Shown: positions 27,201 through 38,600 of the stretch, one piece after another
Numbering within the stretch: position 1 is the stretch's first letter
Layout of the letters: every line of letters starts with the position of its first letter
Assembly: GCA_036172245.1 (NCBI GenBank)
Contig: JAYWIR010000004.1
Span: forward strand, 682,001 to 746,000
Origin: Raillietiella orientalis
Lineage: Eukaryota
Length of the DNA: 64,000 bases
Reading direction: 5' to 3'
The notes under the pieces: generated by a model
Seen by the model: only the letters and a program-made list of their open reading frames with translations
Database searches by the model: none
What the model was told of the DNA's origin: nothing
Made by a program: the position numbers and the translations under genes

Positions 27201-28199
27201 TGCATGTTCACGTGCAAGCCTGTATGTGCTTGGGGACTCCTCCTTTCGTTACCTAATGACTCCATGCTTGTAATTACGAAACATTTCAAAAGAACACACA
27301 TTCTGGTCTTATAATCATCAGCCAAAACACTAAAGGATTCCAGAAGGCAAGGAATAGTAGTGCGCAGACATCGCACAAAAAATCTATTAATTATGCAAAC
27401 AAAAGCTTTTTGGATAGGGCAAGTAGTAATGAAAGACACGTGAAACCTGAGACACCGAAATCGATGCTGAGGATGTGTGTGATCTGACGTGAACTGAAAA
27501 GCACTCAGCGTTTATTGTTTTTTATTTTTTTCAGAAGTAGGCGAGGGTCCATTCCGGACAAGATCCAGTAAAACAGGAGAAAGATTACAAGGCAACAAAC
27601 GCTGCACGTAGCACGCACGGTACCATCTTGCACAGACTTGGCTGCAAGTTGCGCTCTCTTTCAAGTATGTAACGCGCCTGAAAACGTGATGCACGACCAG
27701 AACACTAATGGGGCTGGCTTCAAAGAACCACACGAGTAAGAGATGCCTGTTTCCTTGCGGAAGCAGGCTGGATACCAATGAGAGAATTTCTAGTAAACTA
27801 AACTATTCCAAAAACCTGATCTGAAAGTGCTCCTTCGGAAGGGCGCAAAAAAATAAAATAAAATAAAACGACTTCTTTTTCTAAAGTGGTCCTTTTTTTG
27901 TCTATTTACCGGTCTTGAGAATACGAAACCGCGTGGCACATGCAGCAGTGTAATGAAAGAAACGTTACGAAGCAAAGAATGGAGCGAATTCCGAGATCTG
28001 CACCGGCACAAGTGGGGCCATTCCGACACTCCGTGCACAAACGCCAATCTGTAGTTAGAGTGAACGAACAAAAAAACCGCAGGCAACAGCTTCGGCATCA
28101 CAACGAACTCACAGTGCACAGCCTCAATTTTTATACTTTAGAAAGTCACCTGAGCACCAAAGATTAACGTACCTCTGTTTCAAATTTCCTTGAAGCTAC

Positions 28200-29250
28200 G
28201 TTAGACCGACCGGTCCCGGTGTCCCGCCGAACGAGCTCTTCGTCTCGGAGCAGGAAGGGGCGCCCCGAAGCCAATCCGCGGCATCTTCCGGGGAAAACCT
28301 GCGGCTCCTTCAGAAGGGCGCCGACTAGACCCAATGTGAAGCCAACAGCAGCACGTCAGGCGGCGGAAGACCTGACCGCGGATAGGGGGACATCCGAAGC
28401 CGAAAAGGAGCCGAAGAAGAAAACCAGCAAGCAAGTAAAGGAGTCGACGCAGGGAGACCACCGCCTGAGAGAAAGAGCACGGACTCTGAGAAAAGGCGCC
28501 GGATTCCTGGCCGATCGTGCGAACTGGTTGCCGAAATACGGAACAGGGTCGCCGAATGCTGCGCAGGCTGGGAGACGGCCATCAGCCCTGCGAGTACACG
28601 GTCAGTGGAGAGCAGCTGCCCGGGCAGTCGAGAAAGAGAGGGCATGCAGCTGGCGGCGGTACCGAGCCGCCGACCCTCCCACGATGAAACGGGAACCAAG
28701 CAAAGAATCAATCGCGCGCTTCGCGTCTCAGGATCTCTTCCCGATCTCCGCAAGCAGCTCTTTTGGCCTTTATCCGCGTCTTCCTGCATTCCTCAGGCTT
28801 GGGATCTCCCACTTGCCAGCTGCTGATGCTGCTGGGGACTCGGCCCTCTGCTCAAAGTCCCAGCCGGAATCCTCCCTGCTTTCTCCTGCGGCTTTCTGCT
28901 CGCTCGCCAGTCCCCACCCCACCCTTGCGCTTCCTTCCTTCGCCTGGCGCGTATCCCGAGGGCGCTTCGCACGTGTATCAGGTCGATACAGCCGCTTTCT
29001 CGACTGGCGACGGGCGTCCTCCTCGCTCGTCGCAGGCGCCACGGCGACGGTCACCTGATGATGGTTCGAACGCGCCGCAAAGACGGATTCCTCCTTGTGC
29101 CCTGCGAGAAGGTGGCACGCGGTCGAGCCTCGTTGGAAGCCGGCACCTCGGCAAAGCAAAGATAACTGCGGTCCTCCACAACGGCATTGTGGCCTTGCCA
29201 TCTTTTCGAAGCAAACAAATACACCAGGATCACTAGGATGCACCCATGAC
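28200..29250. other. GC-rich island, probably a decayed retroelement ORF1/gag-like segment (unclassified)
   Basis: Abrupt GC shift; minus-strand CFEK..QCRCGGPQ..C..CHLLAGH loosely resembles gag zinc knuckles. Confidence 0.2.
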
Positions 29251-30050
29251 TCGGTACTTTAGTGAGTTGGTTTCCAGTCTTTTAGCAAGCGCGTCCATCT
29301 CGTCGTTTTTGTCCAAGAGAAGGGGACTGAGAGTCTGCAGGAAATTTCGTTTCATCTCTGGTTCTGCCTTTTCCGCAATCTTTAACACACGTTCGAACCG
29401 CATTTAAGGAACTTCAAGTTTTCATGCTACCACGGTGGTGAGTCTTGCTGTCTATTATGCAATTTAGCTTTTTTTCCCCTTTCCTCAAAGGATTGTTTGC
29501 TTGGTGTCGTTAAAAATCACCAGTAGCATCGCCAGGCGGAAGCGACCACCGTGCTGGTCTGCAAGCGAGTCTTTCCATAATTTCCGGAACACGAAAGAAA
29601 GGATTTCTCACCTGGTACCAATAATATGAAGACTCACGCTGGATGCCCCAATGCTATTATAACTAATTCCATCGAGGCTTCGAAAAATAAGTAAAATCAA
29701 ATGCTCATTCGAATTCCTGCATACACTAATGAAAGCCCAAATCAAACATACGATGTTTTGTGAACATTGACACTATAGAGTCAAACGGAAGCTTTGCTTT
29801 CAAAAAGAACCAATGAAGAATGTAATACGAAGCTTTCTTCTGATGGTCTTCTCATCGCGTGTTCTGGATTCACATTTCCGTCATCTTTGATGCATTTGTT
29901 GCTCAATCAATCTTCCTCTTCCTCTTTTCTTTTCTCACACGCACATCACGAAACACGCAGTACTTTAAATGGATTCGCTGTTCATCCTACTAACACCTAT
30001 AACACAGGTGATTTTTTTTTAACGAAGGCACTGGTTCCAGATGACACATA

Positions 30051-30098
30051 ACGAGATGCCGTGTTTCAGGCTGGTAAGCATGAAACACGGCATCTCGT
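30051..30098. repeat. Perfect 18-bp hairpin with a 12-nt loop that can pair further
   Basis: ACGAGATGCCGTGTTTCA-GGCTGGTAAGCA-TGAAACACGGCATCTCGT. Confidence 0.95.
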
Positions 30099-30170
30099 GG
30101 TCGAGGTAGTCATCATAGAAGTCTGACAAAGGGAACTCGTTGCTAGCGTTGCAGTAGTTCGTATTTCCAG

Positions 30171-30362
30171 ACACCTGGAATGCTGTCAGTGTTCTGAATT
30201 ATTCCGAAAGATTACGACGCATGAATCACGCCATGAATCTTGGAAGATTCATCAGCAGCACGATTTCTTGACGTTAGTGCTCCCAAATTTTACACGTCTT
30301 CTACTCTAGGCACTTCACACCAGTGGTTATTGCCTATCTCCTTAAAGCCATTTGGAGGGTAG
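30171..30362 (+). pseudogene. Possible decayed Psq cassette resembling V2
   Basis: Phase-1 acceptor GTATTTCCAG|AC; NYSE-RLRRMNHAMNLG versus V2 NYSEATLRRCLQAVQNG (9 of 17 identical); then frameshifted SAARFLDVS..STL. Confidence 0.3.
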
Positions 30363-30452
30363 CCGGAGCTACCGCTGACCTCATGCGTCTCCTGGCTGGC
30401 ACGACTGCAAATAGGAAGAATTTTTTTCTTCTATTCATGGTTTCATGATACA

Positions 30453-31410
30453 GGCTAACGCTGGGCGATGTTCTCGGATGGAAGATCCGCGCGCGCAAGT
30501 AACGAAGATCAATGCGGTGCCGACTCGGTCCTGCGCTCGGCCGGAAGCAGCGAGTCGCAAAGTTTCGCGGAGCCAAGTCGACGGCGCGCGCACCAGGAAA
30601 GCTTTTCCGTCTGCAGGCGCCAACGGGCTGCGGTGCACCCGGAAGCTGCGGAGGCTCTGGACGCGGCTGGCGCGGTGGGTCTCTGCGTTGAACCGACTGG
30701 TTGCTGGTCCGGTTCCCCCAGCTGCTGGCTTCTCGGGACGACGTGGGCCCCTTGGTTTCGCCCATCGAGAGTAGGCTGGTGCAAGAAGGGCTCGTGCTGG
30801 GTTGTGGGTGGACGTGGACGCTAGGATGAAGCGACGGGATGCCTGCTCGCCGTACGTCCGGCGCCGCTGGGTGCAGCGTGGTCGAGGCGAAATCGCAGCG
30901 GGGCGGCGGCGTTTGTTCGGGATCGCCTACCCGGGAGTGGAGGCCTCCGTCGTGGTGGTGGCACCACGACAAACGACCAAGGGGTGTTCCTTAGTCGCTT
31001 CCTCGGGGGCGGCGAGGGGTTCGCGTCCTTTGCCGAATGGGAAGCGCTCAAACGCGGTGTCCGAGGCCTTCCTGAGAGCCAGTTCTTCATCTGCGGCGCC
31101 AGGCTCCCGTGCCTCTTTCGCGACACGCGGAACGACGTCCGTGCCACGTCCGGCACGTGGCACGGACGCGGGGACAAGTCCGCTCCTGGAGGTCCATCGG
31201 TGCGGAATCTCGTCGAGAGCGCCACGGGATCCGAAGCGTGGAGTCGCTTACAGGAAGCGACTCCAAGAGCATCAATAAAGCATGGGAACAGAACAGCCCC
31301 TGGCGTTTGATTGAATGATTTTTGCTGCTCTAATTGAGTGCAAGATGACAACGGTTAGGTTTCTGGAGTTCAGAGAACCGCATTGATACTGCATATCTTT
31401 TCCAAAATTT
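30453..31410 (+). mobile_element. Decayed L1/Tx1-like ORF2 5' part (APE endonuclease to start of RT); copy A of the duplicated segment (30453-31239)
   Basis: Across frameshifts: VTKINAV..R...VD..HQES (TxN..D..QE), VVGG/DVDA (GGDFN), TNDQGVFL (SDH), EWEALKRGVR, then GNRTAPGV (KAPGxDG) and QRTALILHIFSK. Confidence 0.6.
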
Positions 31411-32412
31411 TGTATCCAGTGAAAAAAGTACCACGAATCAATTCCAAATTTTTGAGATTTTTGAATATTTAAAACAAGAGAGATCATTTTTTCTTGAATA
31501 AAAAAAAGAAAGTTCACAAAGTTCACACTAAACGAGAATTTGTTATCAAGCCGTGTATATCGTATGTTGCAAAGCAGCAACCATAAAATTGATTTTTCGA
31601 GAAATAACGCAGAGATCGGATGAAACGAAGAGTTTCAGCATGGAGAAACCTTTGATGTCTTGACTGGTTGAAAGACAGTTCCCACTGCTCACCCGAAGGC
31701 TTTTCAGACTATGCCAAATCGGGATGGACGTTAACTACAACACTGCCTGCATGTTTAACATCAAGGGATCAGTCGACTTTAGATCCCAAGCAAATGCTTG
31801 CGTAGCCTTTTTCCTAACCGAGCGGCTCGAAGACGGTCCTTCCGAACAGATAGTCTGGGGGCTATGGTCAAGTATGAAACGCAAAGACGAGAGCAGATTT
31901 CGAGCGTTTAACTTCTGGATCAGGAAGATGTGTTCCATAGCTCCTATGAGTAGAAGGGATTTTTGCCTAGAGTTTTTCGCAATAACCCTCCAGTGTTTGA
32001 CTTCCAGAATGGTAAATAATCCGCTTAACGACTTTTCCCGAAAACGGAAACCATACTCCAAGATCACTTACAAAGTTCCTGTGCAATTGTTTCAGTTCAA
32101 CAACTGACTGTATTTTGCCACATACGCTTTCATGATGTAAACACAATCCCCCCCCCCCTCTTTTTTTTTTTTTTTGTATGTAAATTCGGATTTCTGGAAT
32201 TCGGCAATATCTTCTGTTTCGGACTTCGCGGCGGGGTGCTTTGCGACGATGCTGTGTGGCTCACCAACCACTATACCCTTAGAATAAAACTGCAACTTAC
32301 AGTCGAAATTCAACATCTATTCTCGAAATCCACGAAAAGCTTCATGTTTATGCACTTTTCCATTTTTTGAGTTCACAGAAATGTTTGATATAAAATGATG
32401 ATTCTCACGCAG

Positions 32413-32645
32413 GTGAACATCTCAAAGATGCGCTCGTTTTCAACTCGAAGAGACATTATTCCGCTGAAGATCGAATCCAAGTGATGAATTCGCTTCTTGG
32501 AGGAATGCGAGTGACTGCTGCAGCTAAAATGTACAACATCCCGAGATCAACAATCAAACACTGGAAAAATAATTATCACGTATTAAGCAGACGTGTAACA
32601 TCGATACACTGTGGCAACTTCAAAGACCTTGGTTTCCACGGTTGA
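32413..32645 (+). CDS. Alternative terminal exon V3: Psq/CENP-B-type HTH (isoform about 342 aa); absent from the supplied ORF track
   Basis: Phase-1 acceptor ATTCTCACGCAG|GT; GEHLKDALVFNSKRHYSAEDRIQVMNSLLGGMRVTAAAKMYNIPRSTIKHWKNNYHVLSRR..FHG*; AATAAA at 32773-32778. Confidence 0.8.
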
Positions 32646-35600
32646 AGAAACCGTGGATGGATTTCGATAAAGCGTCTTAGTGAGCCTCGTCGAACTTCGT
32701 TTTCGAAATGCATCGTTTCATAGTGACCTGCTTGGACAGTGAGTGCCTTTGCAGTCAAAAGTGCAATGAGCGAATAAAGCCTTGGGCACCCAAAGAAACG
32801 AATTGCCTCGCTGCAATGCGTATCGTGAGTCTGATGGAACAGGATCAACTGCTGGCACGGCTTGTTTAGGATGATTGAGGAATTCGTTCCTGTTTCTTTG
32901 CTGAGATGCAATCGCAAAACAAGGAATGCTAGGGTTACGCAGTGAAGGTACACATTCGAACGCATTCTCAGTCTGGCCTAAACAGGTCTGAACCAGAACA
33001 ATAGGTGGAAATGAAAACACTTTTTTTTTTTCATTTTTTGCCTCTCTTCCTAGAAAACACAAAGATCCAAACACATTTGTTCTCACCGAATTCTTGAAAG
33101 AAGCACACACGAGAGGGGAAAAACAAGTTTTCGAGGACCGCCGCAACACCTCTCCAGCATGGTCAGACATGGCAGCGGCAGAAACCTTTACGGTCTTTGT
33201 ATCCCCTTTCGTCTTCTTTTAGTCATCACGAAAATACGGTTTGTGGGCATCATACTTGAAATTCAATATTTTTCAAAGCCACATGGTTCTAACGTTTGCC
33301 AACAACCAGAGCCTTCTTGAGGCATGCTCAGTAAAATGGAACGGTTTCCAGTGTGCACATGAGTGCCCAAGGAACAAATTGTCTTAATAAGTGCCAACAC
33401 TAATGAAACTGCCACTCGAACGTCCCCGGGAGCTTCCGAGAGCGTCATAAACGACAGTATTTAAGAGGAAGCCATAAACGATGTCACCACAAATGAGTTA
33501 CTACTCGTGGAAAGTCCACACCAAGGGTGGAATTCTCGAAATGTGCGTTATGACAAAATGCGCCTCCTTACTTCACTTAGTAATCGTTACGCGCTGTCTT
33601 TCTCGACGGAACATAAAGTTTTCTTTTGCTTTCCATTTTTATCCTCAACAACCCTTACACACTCGTCACAAAGAATCCGTACTCTTGCCGCTGGTAATGC
33701 AGGGCTTCAATTAACAGCAGATCTTTACAAAGAATCTCGCGGCTTTCGCATCAAACGATCTGTATTTCATCGATAGATCAACGCTGCATCAAATCACAAT
33801 CATTTTGAAATGCAGTGCTCTGCTCCATAACCTTTCTTTCATCACAAGTGCTACCTCACCAGCGCGTCTCTTGATTAGTTCTAGGCAAGGAAAGAGAATC
33901 CTAGTGTGAAAAGTACGTGCAAAATTAAATTGTGAGAGCGATTTTACTCTCAAAAACCAATCTGATACTTTTCCAGAAACTTCCTAAAACAATTCACCAT
34001 CCTGAATTTTCTGTCGCCACCTGAAATGCCATAAAGTTCCCATGATAGCGACCACTTATCACTGCCATCCATAAAATTCCCCTGAAATCATCCTGGACTT
34101 ATCCATGCACATCCCAAAAGAATTCTAGAGGCTGCTAAGTTTCCTTTCTTGCTGGCCGATTCTTTTCAGCTATCTCTTTAGACAGCATCGTCGTAACTCA
34201 TCAACATTGCAACATTCCAACACCCATCAAGCCTGCAACCGATACACTCCCTCAGACGTGATGTGCCTATTGTGGGCTGAAGCATGACGACTGTTGAAAG
34301 CACTTCGTCCGAGCATCTGTGGATAGTTGCAAACTAACCAAGCATCAATGCCAAACCCGTTTAAGAGATATCCGCAATCGTCCCGAACAACTCCAGGAGA
34401 TTGCAACAGCGGCTCCGGAACGCTCGTAAACAAGTCAAACACATCACGGGGAGACGGGCTTCTCGACTTTCTGGATCCGACTTTTTCACTCGCGTCATCT
34501 GTCGTGTACTGGAAATTAACGTCCATGAACGCATTTGGATCGCATTTGACGGGTTGTTCCTCGGATCTCATTCGCACAAACACACTGTCGAAAAGCTCGT
34601 TTTGCATACACGTGCTGACCAAATATACACACAGGGTGGGTACTCGATGACAGCGTACGACGGACACCAGTGGAGAAGAGTTTCTAATAACTCACGCTTG
34701 CTTTTCTGTGACTGTGAATGGGAAAGCGTAGGAGGTGGCGGTTCAACATGGGAGTCCGACATTCACGGGATGGCACGACGATTCGGACGTGATCCCATCT
34801 GTCACCGTGAAGGAGTGGAAATTCCCGTCGTTACGCGTGATGCAAGGATGAAAGCAGCAGCAGCAAAAAGAACTAATTGTCTGAAGGAACTCGAAGTTTG
34901 AGGCTGCGTTTTTGACTTTTCGGATCAGTAAACAAACCCTGGCATTTTCCAAGAGCTCGTCACTTTCCGCCGCATCACACGGTGTGACATCCATTTAAAT
35001 ATACGGATCAAGTCCATTACCTATGTCAATAATATTCCAAAATTTATAGTCCAACTCGTTTATTTCTGAACAAAAATGGCTAGTGTTCAAACAGAACATC
35101 TGCTTGAATGGCCCTCTCGGTTTAGAACAATTTCCGATTTTTTCGCTCCTTCTGGATATGTTGACACGAACTTACGGTGAAACACATTATTCCTTATTCC
35201 GCGCATGTAGTTGTGAGTTTACGGCAGAAAAGAAAAAAAAAGACATGGCTCTTCGCTATAATTTACATCAACTGCATCGAAAGTCACTCGTACGTGTCCA
35301 TTCACTCATGTGAAGCAAATTTACGGTTCGACTTTTCCTGCGATACTACACCAATAATAGGAAATCGATCAAAAGTTGCTTTGGGTCCACGGGCATTTGT
35401 GCACAAATCCACCACATTTGTAAGGAAAAAAAGGGGGGGAAGGGGGGAGGGAGGAAGGAAACCACAAAGCAATGTAGCGGTACATTCCGAATCTGGTCAG
35501 TATTCATCAATAAATTCACAGACTTGTGCGAAAGCAAAATTCTTCCACAGATGAAATGGTCATTCAGGAACCTACTTAGCACCACGTTTCTGGCAATCAT

Positions 35601-38600
35601 TCTTCCCGGCCCCCATCATCCCCAGTTTGAACAAGTTCCATCTCTAACAAGATTTTTAAATCTGAAGAGCACTACCGATAAAAAAACAGCTCGGGGAACC
35701 ATCACTATGAATGAGTGTTGTTCCTAAGTGACCCCGGGATGCAGGAACATGAACAACTGACCTGCTGGCATTACTCACATTTTAGAGCGGTGCTCGCGAC
35801 CCATCCCTAGCTTCATAGCGGTTCCAGGTCATCCCCTGTGTTCCGTTCTGTGCGAAACAAACAGGGCAAAAATGCACTTCTGCTCCGCGCGGTGCTTGCG
35901 ACAAGGAAACAGGAAATTCCCAAACAGGAAATATGCTCATTTTTTCCACGTGCCATCATCAGAAACATGTAAACATACCGAGCACATGCACAAGACGCGA
36001 GTACCTGCAGCCATGTATGATATTTACTGTTGTGAAACTGTGTGTTGTGGAAATGTTCTTTACCGAACCCGTTTCCTGTGCCCAATGCAACGTGGGCCTG
36101 GGACGTGCTCTCGAAGCGATCGCGGTGCACTGCACGTGCACACCAACAACTCACACATTCACGCATTCATGCCAACTCTTCTAATGCCAGTTAACACGCT
36201 GGAAAACAGTGAACACGGTCGCTTCACATGGCTGGACTGATAGTCAACGCCAGACGTATTCAGCAATTACGTTTGCTCAAACGTTTCCATCTAAAGTAGG
36301 GAACCCCATGACCGTGAGGAATCACGAGTACTCTTTGAAGCCCTTTTCGATGATTCGATCCAACTGAATGCGGACACTGATTGCCAAGGTTTCAGGACTG
36401 AACTTTGCTGATTCCTTCCTTACCCTGGAATTCATCTCAACAGTGATGCAAATTTACTGGCCCTCCCTTTGTACCACTGGCCTCTACCTCTCTCCCCCAG
36501 AGTGAAACCGCGCAAGTATGCTTGCTTGCTTGTACCTGTCTTGGTGGGAAGTCCCCTTCATTCCCGATTGCATCTTTACTGTGCTTTCGATAAACGCCCG
36601 GACTGACCAAATCGGTTACATCCTTGGACATTTCGAAGATGCATGGAATGCGTCTTGACAGGACTGCGCGACTGGTTGGTTTCGTTTCATGCTTTGCGAA
36701 TGCGACCGTTGCTTAGCAAAAGAATCTCACTTTTCTATCGCTTCCATTCATCTTCCTTTGAACCCATCCCGAACACGGACAGCCCGAGAAACATGGCTCA
36801 CCTAGTAGATGGACCGGTGAAAGGATTAAGGGGCATTCGTGCAACGCAAAACATTAATGGACATGAAGAGACTGGTCACTGTGAATACTGAACTTAAGAA
36901 ATCGCCACACGTTGTGCAGCACCCGCAGCACAGTTCTGAAACGGACGTTCGTTGCGTCGCGACAAAAAGGCTCCCAACGAATGGTTTCGACTGTTAAGCC
37001 GAAATGTTGGAAAATGTTCGAAATCTCCAAAAAGACGGTTTCCGGCAGGACATTCTTCAATCTTTTTGCGTTCTCACGTTTGCTGGTCGAAATTCTCATA
37101 TTTAACTGCGCAAACAGAAAGTGGTGCTGCATGCATCTGCCCATCACATTCCAAGGAATTGAAAGGCCCTTTGCATTTTCCCTAATATCAACAGAGGAGC
37201 AATGGTACTTTTTACGCTCAGCCGTAATCAAACAGTTATCCAGTTATGAAGTTACAAAAGAGAAAAACTCTCACCACTTTCTTTATCGTGTAAAACCTAA
37301 AGGACTTCCCAACGGCAATACAAACTCTGACCAGTGTTAAAAAGGGGTACTTTAGGGGGGTCAAGTGCCTAATGTTTTATAATGAGCTTTATAACACATC
37401 ATTGACTTTCCTTGTATGTGAGGAAATCAAGCACTGTCTACTGTGCTTTAGTTAAGTTTTAGATGAAAACATTACCGCTAGGGTATTTCAGAATTTATGC
37501 AAGCTGCAACTGACACACAAATACCACGCAACTAAAGAAGGAATCACGTGAAAGCTTATAGCACTTTCTTCGAAAGTACTTAGCAAGATGTCAATCAGAA
37601 GCAGAAGATTATCAACATAGTCATGGTAGAGAATCAGCACCTTGAGGATTCAACCATACTTGCAGAATCAGTGTGCTTCCACAGAAATTTCAGTCTTTTG
37701 AACACGATATGCCATCTCCACATACATGATCCAATTTTCCTGTATACACCTTAAGCCCAAAACAAAGTTTTTAAGCCTCACGCATGTGTGCGTTACGCAT
37801 ATATATACACACAGGTACATACATAAACATAAGTTCTAAGCAGGCAATATGAAAATGAAAAATGGACAACGGTAAAGAAAGAGAACAGTTTCCGGAGAAC
37901 GCCATGCCACAGATGCAGTTCAGCAACCCGCTCGACTGGCAAGCGGATGAAACATTATTCGATGTTCATAAAACGAGGACTATTCGTATAAAACAAATTT
38001 GTGAGGATGTTTGGCTACAATCCGAAAGCAATCATGATTGAATGGAACGAAGCTATTAAGCTTACGGAGTTCCAAACAAGACTGCCGTGACTCATCTCGT
38101 AACTGATGAAGGTATTTTAGGAATTGTTAAAGAGAACAAAATTGCGACAGCATCAAAGATTCCCATCTTAAAAATTACGACTACTGAAGATACTGCACGA
38201 GATAAAGACTGTAGGTTGTCAGGTGAAACGGGAATCAAACGCTATAGGTAGCTTTCGGAAATGCCGAGACTATCCTTGGGAACTCATCACTTAAAAAAAC
38301 AAATCTGTGGAAAGAGGAGGATGAAGTGAAGAATCCTTTTTTTCCACAATTAGAATACATCTGTAAAGAAGCTTTCATTTTAACGCCATTTTATGGGACC
38401 CAATTAGGGCGTGTGTTAACAGAACGACAGCATATGATTCCAATGTACTGCTTATTTACAAAAAAAATTCAAGGCATGCTAATCACAAGTGCACAAGAGA
38501 CTATTGGAACGACTATTCCAAACATTGATCAACTCCAAACAGTTTCTTCGGAATTGTTTTCCCAGTTTCGATGAATTTTTCAGCCTATTTCTCTTCAGAG

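Noticed and set aside
27535..27611. Very strong phase-1 acceptor
   Set aside because: The frame closes after about 25 codons with no domain, and T-runs are common throughout the window.
28219..29058. 279-aa plus-strand ORF
   Set aside because: Low-complexity Arg/Ala/Ser product of GC-rich DNA, with ORFs in most frames and no domain.
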